Source of the DNA: Opitutia bacterium
Lineage (GTDB): Bacteria > Verrucomicrobiota > Verrucomicrobiia > Opitutales > Opitutaceae
DNA length: 64,000 bases
Direction of reading: 5' to 3'
Assembly: GCA_016199925.1 (NCBI GenBank)
Contig: JACQFT010000115.1
Coordinates: 14,250 to 78,249, forward strand
Shown here piece after piece: positions 16,489 to 25,876 of this stretch. How positions within the stretch are numbered: the first letter of the stretch is position 1; each line of letters opens with the position of its first letter. Under the pieces are notes generated by a model. That model had not been told where the DNA came from, made no database searches, and was given only the letters and a program-made list of their open reading frames with translations. A program made the position numbers and the translations under genes.

Positions 16489-17304
16489 TCAGCGCGCCGG
16501 CACCGCGTGGCGCGCCAGATCCGAAAAGCCGATCACCCGGAGATCCGGTTCGCCGGCGAGAAATTCCGCCGTCCGGTGGAGCACGGCGATAAACTCTTCG
16601 TCGGGCCGGCCGTCGGGAAAATATTCCCACCAGTGGGTGACGAGCACCGTCAGCGGTTGCGCCGCGACGGTGCGCCGGATGTTTTCCAGCATGCTCTCGC
16701 GCGGCCGGAACCGCGAAAGCAGGCAACCCGGATGCGAGAGCAGCCGCGTCGCGCCGATCCGCCAGTGGGCGGTCGCGGCGAGTTTCTTCCCGGCGTAGGC
16801 GGGCCACCAGCCCAGCGGCAGCCGGCGCAACTCGAACCAACCGGTGGAGACGACGCCGAAGCGCGCCGCCGTCAGGCGCAACGCCGCCGCCGAGAACCGG
16901 TCGTAAGGCGCGACGAACGCGCTCGGCCGCGCGAAGCCGGCGGCCGCGAGGAGTTGGGCGCCCTTGTCGAGCCGCCGTTTCAGATCGCGCGTGTCGCGGC
17001 TCCCGAACTCGTCGAGCGAGTGGTCGTAGCCGTGCTGGGCGATTTCGTAACCGGAGTTTTCCTGGAGATAGGCCACGAGTTCGCGGTTGGCACCGATCCA
17101 GACGCGCGGTTTGGCCGGGTCGGGCCGGCCGAACACGAATTCTTCGGGCCGCCCGTCGGCGCGCCGGGCGTCGGTGCGCACGTGCGGGATCGTTGCGAGA
17201 TTGACCGGCAGATGCCGCGCGAGAAACGGCCGGTAGAGCTGCTCGAGGCAACCGGCCGGCGTAGTCGCATTGGTGTCGTCGTCACGCAGGATTACGTAGC
17301 GCAT
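16489..17304 (-). CDS. Polysaccharide-deacetylase-like (DUF2334-type) protein
   Basis: MRYVILRDDDTN... and EIAQHGYDHS motifs resemble the DUF2334/deacetylase fold. The start overlaps the 3' end of the upstream GT4 gene by 23 nt. Confidence 0.6.
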   Translation of the reverse strand: MRYVILRDDDTNATTPAGCLEQLYRPFLARHLPVNLATIPHVRTDARRADGRPEEFVFGRPDPAKPRVWIGANRELVAYLQENSGYEIAQHGYDHSLDEFGSRDTRDLKRRLDKGAQLLAAAGFARPSAFVAPYDRFSAAALRLTAARFGVVSTGWFELRRLPLGWWPAYAGKKLAATAHWRIGATRLLSHPGCLLSRFRPRESMLENIRRTVAAQPLTVLVTHWWEYFPDGRPDEEFIAVLHRTAEFLAGEPDLRVIGFSDLARHAVPAR

Positions 17305-18550
17305 TTTTTTCCTCGATGAGGTTGGCGTAGAGAGCGTGGAGGCGGCCGGCGAGAACGGCGGTGTCGTAATCGCGCTCGACCATCTGCCGGCCGGCGCGCG
17401 CCTGCTGGACGCACAGGGCGGGTTCGGTCATCACCCGGTTCAGCGCGGTGTGGAAACCGAGCGGATCCCCCGTCGCGAACAGCCAGCCGTTCTTCCCGTG
17501 CTCGATCAGCGCCGTCGCGCCCGAGGTGCGCGTGGCGATCACCGTAGCGCCGGCGGCCCACGCCTCGAGGATGACCAGGCCGAAGGTCTCGGACAGCGAC
17601 GGTAGGATGACGGCGCGTGCTGCCTGCATCAGACCGACGAGCCGCGTGTCGCCCGGCGGCAAACCGCCCGTGAAGAGCACGTGCGCGGCGAGGCCCTGCT
17701 CGGCGACTTCCTGTTCCAGCGTGGCGCCGTAAACCGGATCGGTGCAGGCGCCGGCGAACACGATCATGGCGTCGGGATAGCGGCGGAGAATCTGCGGCGC
17801 GCGTTGGACGAGCCACGCCTGGTTTTTCACGGCGTCGATCCGGCCGACGCACAGCAGCAGCGACCGCCCGGAAGTGCGCGGAAACGCCGCGAGCGCGGCC
17901 CCGCGATGGTCGGCCCGGAACTGCGGCAGGTGGACGCCGTGCGGTTGCACCACCACGCGCCGGTCGGGATATCGCCGGCGGAGCAGCCCGGCTTCCGTCG
18001 GATTGCAGGTCAGGATGGCGTCGGCTTCGGCGAGCACCCGGCGCGCGCCCCACCACCAGCCGAAAAATTTTCCCCACTCGAGCCCCTCGCGCGCGGGCGT
18101 GTTGAGTTCGCGGTGCAACGCCGCCGGCAGGTCGAGCACGCCGCCGTGGATCGTGACGACGAACGGCCGCCGCCGCCGCCGCGCGACCGTCCGCGCGATC
18201 CCGCCGAGCCGGCCCAGGGCGTGGGTGTGGATGACGTCCACCGCCGGCTCGCGCGCGAGTTGGCGCGGCAGGTCGAACGAAAGCAGGTTGCCGCCGACGG
18301 CGAGCAACTGCCGGCGCCGGGTGACCGGCAGGCCCCAGACCGGCACGCACGCGCGGAAACGCCGCACCTTGCATCCGGCGGCGGCGAGCGGATCGGGCAG
18401 CGCCGTGGCCGGACTGCCGCCGAGCGCCGGGCAAAAGACGACCGATTCGGCGCCGTGCCGGCGCAGGCCCTCGGTGAGGCGCTGGAGCGCGGTTTCGGTG
18501 CCGCCCCATTCGGCCGGATCGAATTTGCGGAGAACGTGGGCGATGCGCAT
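17282..18550 (-). CDS. Glycosyltransferase family 4
   Basis: MRIAHVLRKFDPAEWGGTETALQRL... N-terminal domain. C-terminal ILPSLSETFGLVILEAWAAGATVIATRTSGATALIEHGKNGWL (EX7E). The internal ATG at 18550 sits 3 nt after the upstream stop. Confidence 0.88.
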   Translation of the reverse strand: MRIAHVLRKFDPAEWGGTETALQRLTEGLRRHGAESVVFCPALGGSPATALPDPLAAAGCKVRRFRACVPVWGLPVTRRRQLLAVGGNLLSFDLPRQLAREPAVDVIHTHALGRLGGIARTVARRRRRPFVVTIHGGVLDLPAALHRELNTPAREGLEWGKFFGWWWGARRVLAEADAILTCNPTEAGLLRRRYPDRRVVVQPHGVHLPQFRADHRGAALAAFPRTSGRSLLLCVGRIDAVKNQAWLVQRAPQILRRYPDAMIVFAGACTDPVYGATLEQEVAEQGLAAHVLFTGGLPPGDTRLVGLMQAARAVILPSLSETFGLVILEAWAAGATVIATRTSGATALIEHGKNGWLFATGDPLGFHTALNRVMTEPALCVQQARAGRQMVERDYDTAVLAGRLHALYANLIEEKNALRNPA

Positions 18551-18552
18551 GG

Positions 18553-20004
18553 CTAGATCGCGATCGGCTCGGCCGGCGGGGCCGGGACGGGTTCCGGCGC
18601 GGATTCCGGCTGCAACTGCGCCGGGCGCCGGGCGTGCCTCAGGCCCGCGAGCACACCGACGAGAAAATGAAACGTCAGGAAAATTTGGGTCTGCCGGAAT
18701 ACCCATTCGGTCTGGCTCTGCATGAACACTCCGACGCAGCCGAAGAAAATGCCGGTGCCCAACCGGTGCATCGGGTCGGGTCCGCGGTCGCGCAGAAACC
18801 CGGCGCCCACCTGGAGCCAGCGCGCCCAGAGCAGCAGAAACAGCCCGAGCCCGAGCCAGCCCAATTCTCCCGCGGTGAGCGCCTCGAGATTGTGCGCGGG
18901 CGCGGCGTAGCGATACATCGGCAGCAAATCGTTCGGCGGCGCAAACGCGATGTCGTCATAGGTTTCGTAATGCATGTCGAGGTCGTGGCCGTAGCGTTTG
19001 CTGACCCAGTAGGACCAGTTGTTCAGGCCGACGCCGAAAGGTTTGTCCTCGAGGATGACCTCGGCCTGCCGCAGATAGTAGCCGCGCCCCTCCGAATTGT
19101 CGTCGAGGTATTCCTCCTTCAGCGAGGCGGACTCGTAGCGCGCCGCGAGCAGGTCCCAGGACTTCCACACCAGCAGCGAGACCCCGGCGCCGATCAGGCC
19201 CGCGATCAGGAGGTTTTTGAACGTGATCCGCCACGAACAGGTGCAGGCCGCCGCGCCGCCGACCGCCAACGCGAAGGCCGGGATGCCCGCGCGCGAGAGC
19301 GTCAGCATCACGGCGGCGGCGGCGGCGGCCAGGGCCAGCCAGCAGCCGCGGCGGAGCGCGTCCGGCAGCGCCGCACTGCCGGCGGCGACGAGCACCGGCC
19401 CGACGAGACACAGATACATCGACAGACTGTTCGCGTGGTCGAGCGTGCCGGTCACGCGGTAGATTCCGCCGAGGTAACGCTGCCGCAGGGCGTCGGTGCC
19501 TTCGAGCAGCGCCGCGCCGGCCAGCGCCAGCACGACGATCCGCAGTTCGCGTTCGCTCCGCACGAAGTAGGCGGCCAACAAAAAGAACATTGCCCCGCGC
19601 AGGAGCTTGGAGAGTTCATACCAGCCGAACACGCTCGGCGTCGCCAGCGCCACCGACAGCGTGGCGTAGCCGAGAAATACCAGCAGCGGGGTGAGTCCGG
19701 CCGGCCAGAACCACGCGGCCGAACCGGGGCGCGGCCGCACCAGCGCGCTGAACAGGAGCGCCAGCGCGAGCACGTCGATAAACGTGACCTCAAACCCTCG
19801 CGTGGTGCCGCGATACCAGTAGGCGCCGTAGAAATCGATGTCGAGCTTCTCGGTCAAAACCGCGCCGCTTATCATCGCGAACAGCGCGAGGTCCCGCAGG
19901 CGCTCGGAAAAAACCAAAAATGCAGTCGCGATTCCGGTGCCCGCGAGCAGCAGCGCGGCCCCGATAAAATCTTTCGTTTCAAAACTGATCGGCAATTGGT
20001 TCAT
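18553..20004 (-). CDS. O-antigen ligase / Wzy-like polymerase family membrane protein
   Basis: About 10-12 predicted TM helices, with the characteristic periplasmic loop after LTLSRAGIPAFALAV and a large loop before the last helices. Confidence 0.78.
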   Translation of the reverse strand: MNQLPISFETKDFIGAALLLAGTGIATAFLVFSERLRDLALFAMISGAVLTEKLDIDFYGAYWYRGTTRGFEVTFIDVLALALLFSALVRPRPGSAAWFWPAGLTPLLVFLGYATLSVALATPSVFGWYELSKLLRGAMFFLLAAYFVRSERELRIVVLALAGAALLEGTDALRQRYLGGIYRVTGTLDHANSLSMYLCLVGPVLVAAGSAALPDALRRGCWLALAAAAAAVMLTLSRAGIPAFALAVGGAAACTCSWRITFKNLLIAGLIGAGVSLLVWKSWDLLAARYESASLKEEYLDDNSEGRGYYLRQAEVILEDKPFGVGLNNWSYWVSKRYGHDLDMHYETYDDIAFAPPNDLLPMYRYAAPAHNLEALTAGELGWLGLGLFLLLWARWLQVGAGFLRDRGPDPMHRLGTGIFFGCVGVFMQSQTEWVFRQTQIFLTFHFLVGVLAGLRHARRPAQLQPESAPEPVPAPPAEPIAI

Positions 20005-20019
20005 GGCCGGCCGGCGCCG

Positions 20020-21183
20020 CTAACCGGGCATGGCCGGACGCGGCACGTTCACCGGTCCCTCCGCCGGTTTCCGGGACGGCGGCTTTTTGTCGGGCCAGCA
20101 GGCCCGGTGCCCGCGGCGCAACGAACGCAGGGCAAGCCAGCAGGCGGCCAGCGTGACCGCCTCGCCGGCCAGCGCCGCCGGGAAGTGCAGGATTTTTTTG
20201 GCGACGGGCATCGGCGCGAGCCGCCGGAAGCGGAAGACCAGCGCGTCGGGAAACAGCCGCCAGAACCGGCGCGTGCGCCGCAGATGTTCGTCCATCAGGC
20301 GGCGCAGCCATCCCGGGCTTTGCTCGTCGAGCCGCCGTATCGCGCGGCCGAGCCCGGCGCGGTCTTGGGGCGGCAGGGTCGGGAGGAAGCGGTCGACCAG
20401 CAGGTGGACGTAGGTCTGGCCGATCATCTGCCGCTTCTGGTTGCGCAGCACTTCGCCGGCGGACACGTAGGCGCTGAAAATATGCGAAGCGTGCCGGGCG
20501 CGGACGATGCGGCCGGGCTCGGACTCCTTCGTCAGAAAATCGGTGCAGACGAGAGTCTTGATGAAGCCGTCTTCGCACGCGGCCAGTTCGCCCGGCAGGT
20601 AGATGCGGCGCGCCGTCTCCGCGCGGATGCAGTAGAGTTGGCCGGTGAGCTGGGCCGGCGCCGACTGCGTCATGCGCGAGGTCGCGAGCGAAACCCGCTC
20701 GCCGAGCGTGAGGTGTTTCTTCCGCGCGATGTCTTTCACCGGCCGGCCGACCGAGACGTGGGCGTGCGAATGCTGTTCGAGCGCCTGGCAGAGCGCCCAC
20801 AGGGTGGCGGTGTGGCCGAACTGGATGTCGGCGTCCATCAGGATGAGGTAGGCGGCGCGCGGCGCCGACACCTGGTGGACAAAAAGATTCCACGCGTTGA
20901 TCTTGCCGGCCTCGGGCACGGTCAGGACGCAGGCGGTGAAACAGTGGCGCTGCGGATGCAGCAGGCATTGTTCCTCAAAGATGCGCCCGGCCACGTCGGC
21001 GGTCGTGTCGGTGCAGCCGTTGGCCACGCACCAGATTTCCGCGGAGAGCCGGCGCTGTTCGAGTTCGGCGAAAAGCGTTTGCCGGAAGAGCGATTCGAGG
21101 GCGGTCCCGATGGAGTGCTCCTCGTTGCGGGCGATGATGCCGACGGAAACCCACGGTATCAGAGCGGACTCAACGGTCTTCAT
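20020..21183 (-). CDS. Glycosyltransferase family 2
   Basis: VSVGIIARNEEHSIGTALESL... and LILMDADIQF (DxD-like) of the GT-A fold, plus a C-terminal hydrophobic segment. An alternative GTG start lies at 21213. Confidence 0.8.
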   Translation of the reverse strand: MKTVESALIPWVSVGIIARNEEHSIGTALESLFRQTLFAELEQRRLSAEIWCVANGCTDTTADVAGRIFEEQCLLHPQRHCFTACVLTVPEAGKINAWNLFVHQVSAPRAAYLILMDADIQFGHTATLWALCQALEQHSHAHVSVGRPVKDIARKKHLTLGERVSLATSRMTQSAPAQLTGQLYCIRAETARRIYLPGELAACEDGFIKTLVCTDFLTKESEPGRIVRARHASHIFSAYVSAGEVLRNQKRQMIGQTYVHLLVDRFLPTLPPQDRAGLGRAIRRLDEQSPGWLRRLMDEHLRRTRRFWRLFPDALVFRFRRLAPMPVAKKILHFPAALAGEAVTLAACWLALRSLRRGHRACWPDKKPPSRKPAEGPVNVPRPAMPG

Positions 21184-21345
21184 GGATGTTGGAGAGACGG
21201 ATGAAAGGGTCACGGAGCGTCGCCGTCACGGGCGTCCCGGTATCCTAGGTCGCCGGCCGCCGCGGGGTGATGGGGTGCCCGACCCGAATCGATGGAGGCT
21301 CTCACCCCATACGGCGAAACCGGTTCCCGCCGTAGAATCGTGCGC

Positions 21346-22302
21346 ATGGAAGAGCCCCTGGTCAGCATCATCATCCGTTCGTTCAACGAAGGCTGGGCGC
21401 TGCGCGACACGCTCCCGGCACTTCAGGCGCAGGATTTCCGCAACCGGGAACTGATCGTCATCGACTCCGGTTCCACCGACGGGTCGGTCGATCTCATCCG
21501 GCAAGCCGCCCCGCGCCGTTTCATCGCGATCAAACCGCACGAATACCACGCGCCGCGCGTGATGAATCTCGGCATGCGTCTCGCCGCGTCCAACTACGTG
21601 ATCTTTCTCAACGCCGACGCCACGCCGGTGGACGGCCACTGGCTCCGGCCGCTCGTGCGCGCGCTGTTCAACCCGCAGGTCGCCGCGGTCTACGGCAGCC
21701 AGCTCCCGCGGCCGGACTGCCGCGCGGTGTTCGCGAGCGACTACGACGCGTGCTTCGGCGAGCACCGGGCCGCCGCGGTCAGCCGCGGATTTTTCAGCAT
21801 GGTCAGCAGCGGCGTGCGCAAAGACATCTGGCAGCGGCGCGGCTTCAACGAAGCGCTGCAATACTCCGAGGACGCCGAATACGTCCGCTGGTGCCGCTCG
21901 CAGGGCTTCCGCGTCGTCTATGCGCCGCAATCGACCGTGGTGCACTCGCACAACTACACGCCGTCGCAGGCGGCCCGCCGCAGTTTCGGCGAAGGCCGGG
22001 CCGAGGCCGCCGTGTGGGCCGGCAGTCCGCGGCGGTTCAACTTCGTCCGCACCGTGATGCTGGGCTGGATCAACGATGTCCGCCGCGACCTGGCATTTTG
22101 CCTGCGCACCGGACGCATCGCCGAGTGGCCGCACGCCTGGCTCATCCGCGCACACCAACGTTCCGCCCGCCTCCTCGGCTTCCGCGACGGCTGGCGCACC
22201 TACCGGACCGCCGCTTCGGGCCGCGGCTTCACCGCGCCGATCTGGGCGTCCTTCCGCAGCGACGAAAACAGCCGTGCCCAGGTCGACCCGTCCACCGCTT
22301 GA
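21346..22302 (+). CDS. Glycosyltransferase family 2
   Basis: VSIIIRSFNEGWALRDTLPALQAQDFRNRELIVIDSGSTDGS...VIFLNADATP. Classical GT2 N-terminal motifs. Confidence 0.85.
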   Translation: MEEPLVSIIIRSFNEGWALRDTLPALQAQDFRNRELIVIDSGSTDGSVDLIRQAAPRRFIAIKPHEYHAPRVMNLGMRLAASNYVIFLNADATPVDGHWLRPLVRALFNPQVAAVYGSQLPRPDCRAVFASDYDACFGEHRAAAVSRGFFSMVSSGVRKDIWQRRGFNEALQYSEDAEYVRWCRSQGFRVVYAPQSTVVHSHNYTPSQAARRSFGEGRAEAAVWAGSPRRFNFVRTVMLGWINDVRRDLAFCLRTGRIAEWPHAWLIRAHQRSARLLGFRDGWRTYRTAASGRGFTAPIWASFRSDENSRAQVDPSTA

Positions 22303-23525
22303 TCTTCGCACCCGACAGAATTTCTTTCTCCGCCAACCGGCCGCGGCGCACCCCGTGCCCGCCGCCTGACGGCCGACCGCGTTTCACGCTCGACGGCGAT
22401 CTCGCGCTCGAAAACCGGCTCGCGGAAATTTGCCGGCAAGTGCGCGAACGGCTCGGCAAAATTGTTCCGCGCCGCCGGCTCGAAGCCATCATGCTGGGCG
22501 GCGGTTACGGCCGCGGCGAGGGCGGCGTCCTCCGCACCGTCGCGGGCGACCGGCCCTACAACGATCTGGAATTTTATGTGTTCGTGCGCGGCCATCCCCG
22601 GCTCAATGAGCGGACCTACGGCGCGGCGCTGCACGCGGTCGCCGAAGAACTCACGGCCGCCGCCGGCGTCGATGTGGAATTCAAGCTCGACTCTCTGGCC
22701 CGGCTCCGGCGCAGCCCGGTGACGATGTTCACCTACGACCTGGCGATGGGGCACCGCTGGGTGCTCGGCACCGAGGAACTGCTCGCGGGTTGCGCGCATC
22801 ACCGCCGGGCCGCCGACATCCCGTTGCACGAGGCGACGCGCCTGCTGCTGAACCGCTGCACCGGCCTGCTCCTCGCCCACGAGCGGCTGCAACGCCCGGT
22901 GCTCACGGCGGACGAGGCGGATTTTGTCACGCGCAACCTCGCGAAGGCGCGGCTCGCGCTCGGAGACGTGCTGCTGGCGGCCGTGGGCCGCTACCATTGG
23001 AGCTGCCGCGAGCGCGGCCGGCTCATCGCCGAAGACGAAGCGGCCGACTTGGCCGTCTGGCCGTGGTTCCCGGCGGTGAGAGAACAGCACCGGCGCGGCG
23101 TGGAATTCAAACTGCGGCCGGAGCGTTCGCTGGCCACGGCCGCGCAGTTGCGCGCCGAATGGGAAACGGTTTCGTTGCTCGCCCGGCATCTCTGGCTGTG
23201 GATCGAGGGCCGGCGGTTGCAACGCCGCTTCCGCCGTCCGCGCGAATACGCCCTGTGCGCCGCGGACAAATGTCCGGAGACTTCGCGGCTCCGCAATTTC
23301 GCGCTGAACCTGTGGCGGCGCGGGCTGCGTGCGCTGTGGGCGTGCGGGGCCACGCGCTATCCGCGGGAACGGCTGCTGCGCACGCTCCCGCTGCTGCTGT
23401 GGGAACCGGCGGCGCTGTCCCAGTCGGTTTTGCTCCGGCATCTGCGCCGCGAACTGGATTCGACCGCCGAGGCGTTCTCCGGCTTCGTGTCCGACTACAC
23501 CCGCCTCTGGGCGCGCTATCGCTGA
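22299..23525 (+). CDS. Pol-beta-superfamily nucleotidyltransferase-domain protein with helical C-terminal domain
   Basis: LGGGYGRGEGGV...PYNDLEFYVFV fits the G[SG]-x(n)-DxD/E NTase pattern and is followed by ~280 aa of helical sequence. No ATG lies at the N-terminus, so the start is tentatively TTG 22299, overlapping the upstream stop. The start is uncertain. Confidence 0.5.
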   Translation: MIFAPDRISFSANRPRRTPCPPPDGRPRFTLDGDLALENRLAEICRQVRERLGKIVPRRRLEAIMLGGGYGRGEGGVLRTVAGDRPYNDLEFYVFVRGHPRLNERTYGAALHAVAEELTAAAGVDVEFKLDSLARLRRSPVTMFTYDLAMGHRWVLGTEELLAGCAHHRRAADIPLHEATRLLLNRCTGLLLAHERLQRPVLTADEADFVTRNLAKARLALGDVLLAAVGRYHWSCRERGRLIAEDEAADLAVWPWFPAVREQHRRGVEFKLRPERSLATAAQLRAEWETVSLLARHLWLWIEGRRLQRRFRRPREYALCAADKCPETSRLRNFALNLWRRGLRALWACGATRYPRERLLRTLPLLLWEPAALSQSVLLRHLRRELDSTAEAFSGFVSDYTRLWARYR

Positions 23526-23533
23526 GGTCCGCC

Positions 23534-24103
23534 ATGAACCCGCGGTTGTTCCTGCTCTTCGCCTTGCTCGCCGCGCCGGGGTCCGCCCAACCGCGGCCCG
23601 CGGTCCTCGACGCGCTGGTGCGCGATTCGCCGTTTCTCCCGTCCGGCGCGACGGCGGCGGCGGACGGCGACACCGCGGCGCTGGAATTCCGCGGCGTCGT
23701 CGCCGAGTCCGGCGGCTATCTTTTCAGCATCTACGACCCAGGCCGCCGCGCGACCGACTGGGTGAAACTCGGCGAGTCCGGCCGCCCGTTCGTGGTGCGG
23801 CGCTTTGATCCCGGGCGCGACACGCTGGTGCTCGAACGTGGCGGCCAGACGCTGACCCTCGCGCTCAAGCGCGCGCGCGTGCAGGCGCTCGCGATGTCCG
23901 CGCCGCCGGCCGCGCCGCCGCCGCTGCCGACGAACACCGGCGGGAACCAGCCGGGAAATTACGGTGCGACTCCGCCGCCCTCGACCAATGCCACCAACGC
24001 CCAGGAGGCGCAGCGGCTCCAAAACATGGCCGACGAGATTCGGCGGCGCCGCGCGCTTCGCCCACTCCCGCCGCCTCCCGGCAGACCGACCGACAGATCC
24101 TGA
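23534..24103 (+). CDS. Secreted GspC/PilP-like protein with Pro-rich C-terminus
   Basis: Signal peptide MNPRLFLLFALLAAPGSAQ. The small beta-rich core LEFRGVVAESGGYLFSIYDPGRRATDWVKLGE..FVVRRFDPGRDTLVLERGGQTLTLAL resembles the GspC HR / PilP fold. Assignment rests mainly on context. Confidence 0.4.
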   Translation: MNPRLFLLFALLAAPGSAQPRPAVLDALVRDSPFLPSGATAAADGDTAALEFRGVVAESGGYLFSIYDPGRRATDWVKLGESGRPFVVRRFDPGRDTLVLERGGQTLTLALKRARVQALAMSAPPAAPPPLPTNTGGNQPGNYGATPPPSTNATNAQEAQRLQNMADEIRRRRALRPLPPPPGRPTDRS

Positions 24104-24173
24104 AATGAAAACGCGCAACCCAGCTCCGCGGGGCGTCGGTCGCCTGAGCCGGTGATACTCGGCGGACTGATCC

Positions 24174-25304
24174 ATGGACACGAACGCCACCCCGAACTCA
24201 CCCGAGCCGCGGCGATTGGTGCTGCTGCCGTCCGACCGGCTTTTTGTGCAGACCGTGCCGCTGGATGCCGCGGCCGAGCCGGGAACGCAGATTGAATTGG
24301 CACTCGAGGCGAACGCGCCGTTCCCGCTTGCGCAGCTTTACTACGGCTATCTCGCTGCTCCTGACCGCGGTCTGGCGCTCGTGTTCGCGGCGTATCGCCG
24401 CCGGTTCGTCGCCGGCGAGACCGAGACCTGGACCGCCGCCGAAGCGGTGTTGCCGGCGCTGTTGGCCCTGACGGGCGATGCCGCCCGCGGCGCCGAATTC
24501 GTGCTGCACACCGACGACCGGGTTTTGACGGGCGTGGCGTGGGACGGGAAACATCCGCTGCCGGTCATGATTCTGACGCAAGCCGCGGCGCCGCCACCGG
24601 AGGAAGCCCGGCGCGCGGCGCTGGTGGCTGAACTGCGGGGCGGCACCGGCCTGACGCAAGCCCCCACCCGGGTGCTCGAAGGTCCGATCACGGTCGAACC
24701 GGACGAGCAGGGCGGTGTGGTTTTCAAAATCGCCGGCACTGAAACGGTGCGACTGGCCGCCGCTGCCGTGGCAACCGCCGACGTGCGCGACAAAGGATTT
24801 CTGGCGGAGCAACAGCGGTTGCGGCGGCGCGATCTCCGGCTGTGGCGGATCGTGCTCGGTGCCGCCGCCGCGGCGGTGCTCGCGGCCGGATGCGATCTGG
24901 CCGCGCTCGCTCTCGGCGGCTGGAACGCTCGTGTCCGCCGCGCCATCGACGCCGCGACGCCGCAGGTCCAGCGCATCGCGACCGCCCAGACGCTCGCCAC
25001 GCGCATCGAGGAAATATCGAGCCGACAATTCCTGCCGTTTGAGATGCTGGGACTGCTGAGCGAACATCGCCCACGCTCGATCCAGTTTCTTCGCGCGGCG
25101 ACGAAGGGACTCCACACACTTGAGATCGAAGCCCAGACACCCTCCGCAACCGATGTCGGCGTCTACGAAGCAACATTGCGCGGTTTGGCCGGCGTCGGAG
25201 GGCTGGAGATCCGCGACCTGCGTTCGCGCGAAGGGCTTACCTCGTTCCAGCTCGCGGTGACTTTCAAGCCGGCGGCGGTGCCGGTTTCGGGAGGTGCCTG
25301 GTGA
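24174..25304 (+). CDS. GspL / PilM-PilN-like bitopic assembly protein
   Basis: ~220-aa cytoplasmic domain, a single TM (LWRIVLGAAAAAVLAAGCDLAALALGGW) and a ~120-aa periplasmic ferredoxin-like domain. This matches GspL-type architecture, and it sits next to a GspM-like gene. Confidence 0.5.
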   Translation: MDTNATPNSPEPRRLVLLPSDRLFVQTVPLDAAAEPGTQIELALEANAPFPLAQLYYGYLAAPDRGLALVFAAYRRRFVAGETETWTAAEAVLPALLALTGDAARGAEFVLHTDDRVLTGVAWDGKHPLPVMILTQAAAPPPEEARRAALVAELRGGTGLTQAPTRVLEGPITVEPDEQGGVVFKIAGTETVRLAAAAVATADVRDKGFLAEQQRLRRRDLRLWRIVLGAAAAAVLAAGCDLAALALGGWNARVRRAIDAATPQVQRIATAQTLATRIEEISSRQFLPFEMLGLLSEHRPRSIQFLRAATKGLHTLEIEAQTPSATDVGVYEATLRGLAGVGGLEIRDLRSREGLTSFQLAVTFKPAAVPVSGGAW

Positions 25305-25837
25305 AAGCGCGTTTCCTCTCCCGCTCACTGCGCGAAAAGTTGCTCGTGCTGGGCTGTGCGGCCGCGTTCGGGGTGGTGTGGCTGATCGGAGCGAGCGGGA
25401 GATTGGTGCAACAAACCCGGGTGTGGCGCGGGCTGGCCGCCGCGCGATCCGAACAGGAGCAGTGGTTCGTCAATCGCAGCGCCATCGAAGCGCGGGCCGC
25501 GCGCGCCGCCCGGTCCCTCGAACCCGGCCGCACGCTCGACGCGACTCATCTCATCGGCGAGGTGTCGGCGCTGTCGGCGGCGAGCGGCCTCGCCCCGGGG
25601 ATCGATTCGCCGCGCACCGAGCGCGCAGGCCCGTTTGCCTATCACAAGGTGCAGGTGAATTTCCGCCGGGCCGATCTCGGGGCGCTGGTGAATTTCTACG
25701 AGGCGCTCGGCCGGCGGGCGCCTTACCTGGCGCTCGAGCAGTGCGCGCTCACCGCCGACCGGGCGAACCCGGCGCAACTCAACGCTTACTTCACGATCTT
25801 CTCGGTCGAAGTCTCGCCGGGTGACGCCACGAACTGA
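25301..25837 (+). CDS. GspM / PilO-like bitopic assembly protein
   Basis: GTG start overlapping the upstream stop (GTGA). N-terminal TM (LLVLGCAAAFGVVWLIG), a coiled segment, and a C-terminal domain FAYHKVQVNFRRADLGALVNFYEAL. Confidence 0.45.
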   Translation: MKARFLSRSLREKLLVLGCAAAFGVVWLIGASGRLVQQTRVWRGLAAARSEQEQWFVNRSAIEARAARAARSLEPGRTLDATHLIGEVSALSAASGLAPGIDSPRTERAGPFAYHKVQVNFRRADLGALVNFYEALGRRAPYLALEQCALTADRANPAQLNAYFTIFSVEVSPGDATN

Positions 25838-25876
25838 CGAAGCCGCCGCCGGCCGCGGCGACCGCGCGGCGCGCGT

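Noticed and set aside
21750-22298. Upstream part of the 591-aa ORF 21750..23525.
   Set aside because: This part overlaps the GT2 gene 21346..22302 in another frame and is not protein-like. Only the region downstream of ~22299 shows the NTase motif.
25838-25876. GC-rich 39-nt gap between the convergent GspM-like and GspE genes, considered as a bidirectional terminator.
   Set aside because: Only short imperfect GC palindromes are present, with no T/A tracts, so a terminator call is not supported.
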